A stretch of DNA of 64,000 bases from the human T2T-CHM13v2.0 reference genome, Homo sapiens. Location of the stretch: NCBI RefSeq assembly GCF_009914755.1, contig NC_060939.1. One strand, 5' to 3'. Shown here one piece after another: positions 59,834 to 64,000 of this stretch. The translations under genes and the position numbers were made by a program. The notes under the pieces were generated by a model. That model made no database searches and had not been told where the DNA came from. It worked only from the letters and a program-made list of their open reading frames with translations. Position 1 is the stretch's first letter; each line of letters starts with the position of its first letter.

Positions 59834-60920
59834 CTGCATTCTGGCTTGCTGCTAGGTGACTAGGGACAAGGCATCCTTCTAATGACCAACACTAGAACTG
59901 CACATAATACCTAAAGGAAGGTACCTTGCCTTAAGGGCAGGATCTCTCCACTTTAGTTATAAAACTCTGTAAGGTCATGCATAATGAGTGTATATCAATT
60001 TTCACTGACGAAAGCCTATTCTATAATTGAGACCAAGGATGCCAACTGACCACCTGATCTCAAAAGGCTTGTTAGAGATCCTTGCTCTAAGCAGTTCCCA
60101 AACTTTAAATTTCATAGGTCTAAATAAAATTTCAAAGAAAATGGGGGTTGCCAATTTTTATTTTCTGAAGTAACATCATTAAAAATAAAACACATTAAAA
60201 TTGTTATTCAGCAAAAAAAGTACATTATTATTATTGTGAATTTACAGAATGCCAGGGTTTACGAGGACATTCTAAAAACTTTCAGAGAGAAAAATAAAGG
60301 TTACCTGCAAAGGAACAAGAAGTGTAATTGTTTTAGACTTTTCAGCAGCAATGTGGGATAATAGAAAACAGGTTATCAAGGCCTTCACAGTTTTAAGAAC
60401 AAACTATTTTCAGATTTGAATTGTATATTCTGCCAAGTTAACAACAATTATAAGACATTTTCATAATGCAGGAACAAAAATGTAAACCTCCCATACACAC
60501 TTTTTAGGAAGCCACGGAGGATATCTTCAGGTAAACAAATAAATTAACCAAGAAAAAGGAAAGCATGACATCCAGGAATGATGGGAATGGGAATCGATTT
60601 GAGAAAGCAGTGAAGGCAAAACACAGCATGAGATACGTGCCCAAAGCCCAAATAGTAGCCAGTCTGTATAGCAGGAAAAAAGCGATGCAGAATAGTCTTT
60701 AGAGGAGAACAAGATAGAATAGATGAATTACTTGATATGTATGAGCATTTCAAAAATTATTGGTAAATATTTGACTAGTCGGTTTGAACGCTGGGGAAAA
60801 ATACTAAAAAATTACCCAAATGCGAAACAGTACAAGTACTGAATTCAACATTATTTAAAATAAAAGATAACAATTACAAAGATAATAACAACTAACATTT
60901 ATACATAAAAATATATAAAT

Positions 60921-61250
60921 AGCCAGGTGCGGTGGCTCACGCCTGTAATCCCAGCACTTTGGGAGGCCAAGGCGGATGGATCGCCTGAGGTCAGGAGTTT
61001 GAGACCAGCCTGACCAACATGGTGAAACCCCATCTCTATCAAAAATACAAAAATTAGCCGGGCGTGGTTGTGGGCGCCTGTAATCCCAGCTACTCAGGAG
61101 GCGGAGGCAGGAGAATCCCTTGAACCCGGGAGGCGGAGGTTGCGGTGAGCCGATATCGCGCAACTGCACTGCAGCCTGAGTGATAGAGCAAGACTCCATG
61201 TCCAAAAAAAAGAAAAAAAAAATATATATATATATATATATACACATATA
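60921..61250 (+). mobile_element. AluS with an A-tail grading into (TA)n
   Basis: Dimeric, CpG-rich Alu. Confidence 0.92.
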
Positions 61251-63054
61251 TAAAGTTCATTCTACTTAAAATTTGCTATGAGAAGATTATAATGGACATT
61301 TACTCTTCTTTTGGGTTTCTCAGGTTCTTGGGACACTATTTGTAGTTGGGGAAAATTTCCCTCTTAGCCCACTGCTACCTCCCCAAGATAGAAGGTAAAA
61401 TATCTTTCCCAGTTTACTTTGAAGCCCGGGTTCAGGTACATAACTTAGGCTTACCAATCAGATGCACCCATAGATTAGCATCAATGCAACAAAGAAGGTG
61501 CTTGCAGAATTCAGCCACATTGGCAGCAGAGACCTCTACTTCAGAGGCATCTGTGGCAGTGGCTCTAGTGATAGGGTCCAGAGTACAGCAATAGTGGTGA
61601 GAATTCTGCTTCCTGTGCCAATAGCAGTGGTATTCACATTTCCACAGAGCAGTTCTAAACTCTTAAGTTGTCCTTAGCAGTCCTCACGATAGACTTAAAT
61701 AAATTACTTTTCCGCTTAAACTTCTGGAGTAGGTTTCTGTTGTTTACTAGTAAAACTAAAATCATCAGTGAAGAATAAGAATTTAGCATTTACTATTGAC
61801 ATTTCACATGCATACTTTCACTAGATTTTAATCCCCTGGATCAAGAATATGTAATAGGAAAACTATGATAAATACCTGATAATAGTAAAGAATTGAAGAG
61901 ACTGCAAATGTGTCTTTCTGATCAATCATCAGAGAGGAAAGTCCAGGATTTTCCATTTTTATGCTATTCCACTAAAGTCCTAACTGAAAATTAAAGAATT
62001 GTAAACATTATCAAGTCCAACACCGTATTTTAGCTAGGATATTAGAAGCCTTAAGAAGTTAAGGGTTTTCATCAAGGTCATGCATTTCCTTTTGACAAAC
62101 CTGGGCTCAAGTATCAACCTCACTGGTCACTGATCTTTCCCCTAATCCCCATTGTCTCAGTTAAGACTTAGATAATGCTAGTAACTTCTCACTTATTACT
62201 CAAATCAAGGACTTAATGTGTTTATAAAAATGAATTTGTAAAGATATGTGGCTTATAAAATAAAACTGTAAAGATAGCCACCCGTGTGTGTATGTGTGTG
62301 TGTCTTCTTTCCTGAACTGGCAGTGGAACTGAAGATCCTTGGAATGACTTTTAAAGAAGTTATAAGCCTGTATAACTAGGAGCTTAAAAAAATGATGGCA
62401 GATTCTTTATTATAGCCATGCCATTGAGCAGCCCTATAATATAACATTTTAGGTGAAAAGTAACATTTAGACAGGCTATTTTTCTAGCAACTGATTTCAA
62501 GGTCAAATACATTTCTTCTTCATGTTTTGGAAGTGCCTATATTGAAGGCAAAATGAGAAAAGACAAGTCAATGTATTTTTAAATGACAGAATTCTGTGTC
62601 TTAAAAAAGGTGAACATTGAACAATTTGAAATTGTTACTATAACAGTGGTAAACCTAGTTATTTTCCATGCTTTAAATGCTCTGTGCAAGAGCAGAATAA
62701 TTGCCTGAGACGATGTTATAGAATAAATGACCCAGATGCAGTTTGGATTTTGCAGTCTCCTTGTGAATTATTCTCAGCTGCCTATATAAATGACTGCAAT
62801 ATTGTGTACTTAATCATCAGCAAATGGAAGTTTCCAGAAGAAAAACTGTGCTATAGATTATAGCACACTCTGACATGAAGGGAAGTTAATTCCCAGAACT
62901 TAATTATATTAACATCCCAGAAAAGGTCAAAGAGCAGAGTAGTCTATAGTTAGTATCCTAGTCCTATATTTGTTATCCTGAGAAAATCAATTTAGAACTA
63001 GGACTGAATTCCAATTTATGACAGCAACAACAATGCCTTACATTTGGATAATGC

Positions 63055-64000
63055 TTCTTTAACAAACTTTCATCTATATTATATTAACTGATCTAATGAA
63101 AGGAGAAGATACATAAATAGTAGAGAAAGAATATGACATAGAAATCATTTGCTTTGGACTTTGCATTGTTTTTGGCAATTTTACGTGATGTCATCATTTT
63201 GAAGTGAACAGTAATTGTCATCCTGAGGAGTTGTTCTTTTGGAATATCCTCATGTCTTTGTCTTCTTAAATAATCCAGCTCATTTCATGGATAATATAAA
63301 CTTCCTTCAGCTCTCAACTTTACATTCTCAGAAATATTCCAGATCATCTCCAATTTATCACTCTTTTTTTTAGAGTAACAGATTTTATTTAATTAAAGTA
63401 GATTAAAAACAGACTATAAAATAATTAGCATTCTCAATAATTTACTATTATTTACATTAGCAAATGTCGGTCGTTAGTAGAACCTGTGAGGAGAGAAGCT
63501 GACAGAACTGGGACCCTCCACTGTAGGCAAGGGAGCCCCGGCTTCCCTCTTGCTTCTCGGTCTTTCAGGTTCATTATGGCAGCTCCATCACTGAAGGCAC
63601 CAGGGCAGTGACTACAGCACCGGGACCCATGCTGAAGGCCAAGAGACCTCAAAAGCCAGGAAGAAATTCCTTTCCTCTGGGGAGAATCATCAACGCTCAG
63701 TCAAAGCTCAGATGGGCACCTGGTTGGCAATGCTTTTGCCCTCCCTGTAGCCAGTACTCCCCACTGTGCTGGGCCTTCTGCAAGTACTCTTTGGGTTGAC
63801 CCAAACTCAGTTTCTACATAACCTCTCCTCCATCCCCTCCCACGGCAACCGCACAAAACATTTTAGGGAGGATTTTGACAATTTATCCACTCTTAAATGC
63901 TGATCTATCCTTTTATGTTTCCTGATTCTTTAACAAACTTTCATATATGTTATTTTAACTGATTTAATGAAAGGAGAGGATACATAAATAATAGAGAAAG
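63055..64000 (+). repeat. Local direct duplication: 63055-63129 vs 63926-64000 (second copy cut by window edge)
   Basis: 69 of 75 positions identical by hand alignment, offset 871 bp. Confidence 0.88.
63364..63878 (-). pseudogene. Putative 5'-truncated processed retrocopy (mRNA 3'UTR-like), parent unknown
   Basis: Poly-T at 63364-71, AATAAA on the minus strand at 63384-89, TSD caatttatc(c)actctt at 63351-65 and 63879-94, GC-richer than the flanks. Confidence 0.75.

Overview
Primate (human-like) genomic DNA containing the 5' part of WDR72 on the minus strand. It has a CpG-island promoter and non-coding exon 1 at ~47.1-47.4 kb, and coding exons 2-7 (codons 1-237; all GT-AG, frame continuous) at 20.5, 10.3, 4.1, 2.7, 2.0 and 0.3 kb. 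The gene continues past the left edge. The rest is intron and ~17 kb of upstream DNA filled with Alu, L1, L2/MIR, MaLR and ERV1 solo LTRs, DNA-transposon fossils (Tigger1, MER2, MER20, MER53, MER96B) and a U6 pseudogene. I found no convincing new protein-coding system. The best leads are: (1) an unidentified ~510-bp retrocopy with poly(A), AATAAA and a TSD, sitting in one unit of an apparent ~340-bp tandem duplication at the right edge; (2) a MER41B solo LTR ~10 kb upstream whose two GAS/STAT sites are intact and now form identical inverted TTCCCAGAA motifs; (3) an inverted L1 with a duplicated junction directly upstream of the promoter; (4) inverted Alu pairs around coding exons; (5) an AluYd-type element; (6) several AT-rich palindromes. 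Repeat subfamily names come from my recall of consensus sequences and their boundaries are approximate unless a TSD is given.
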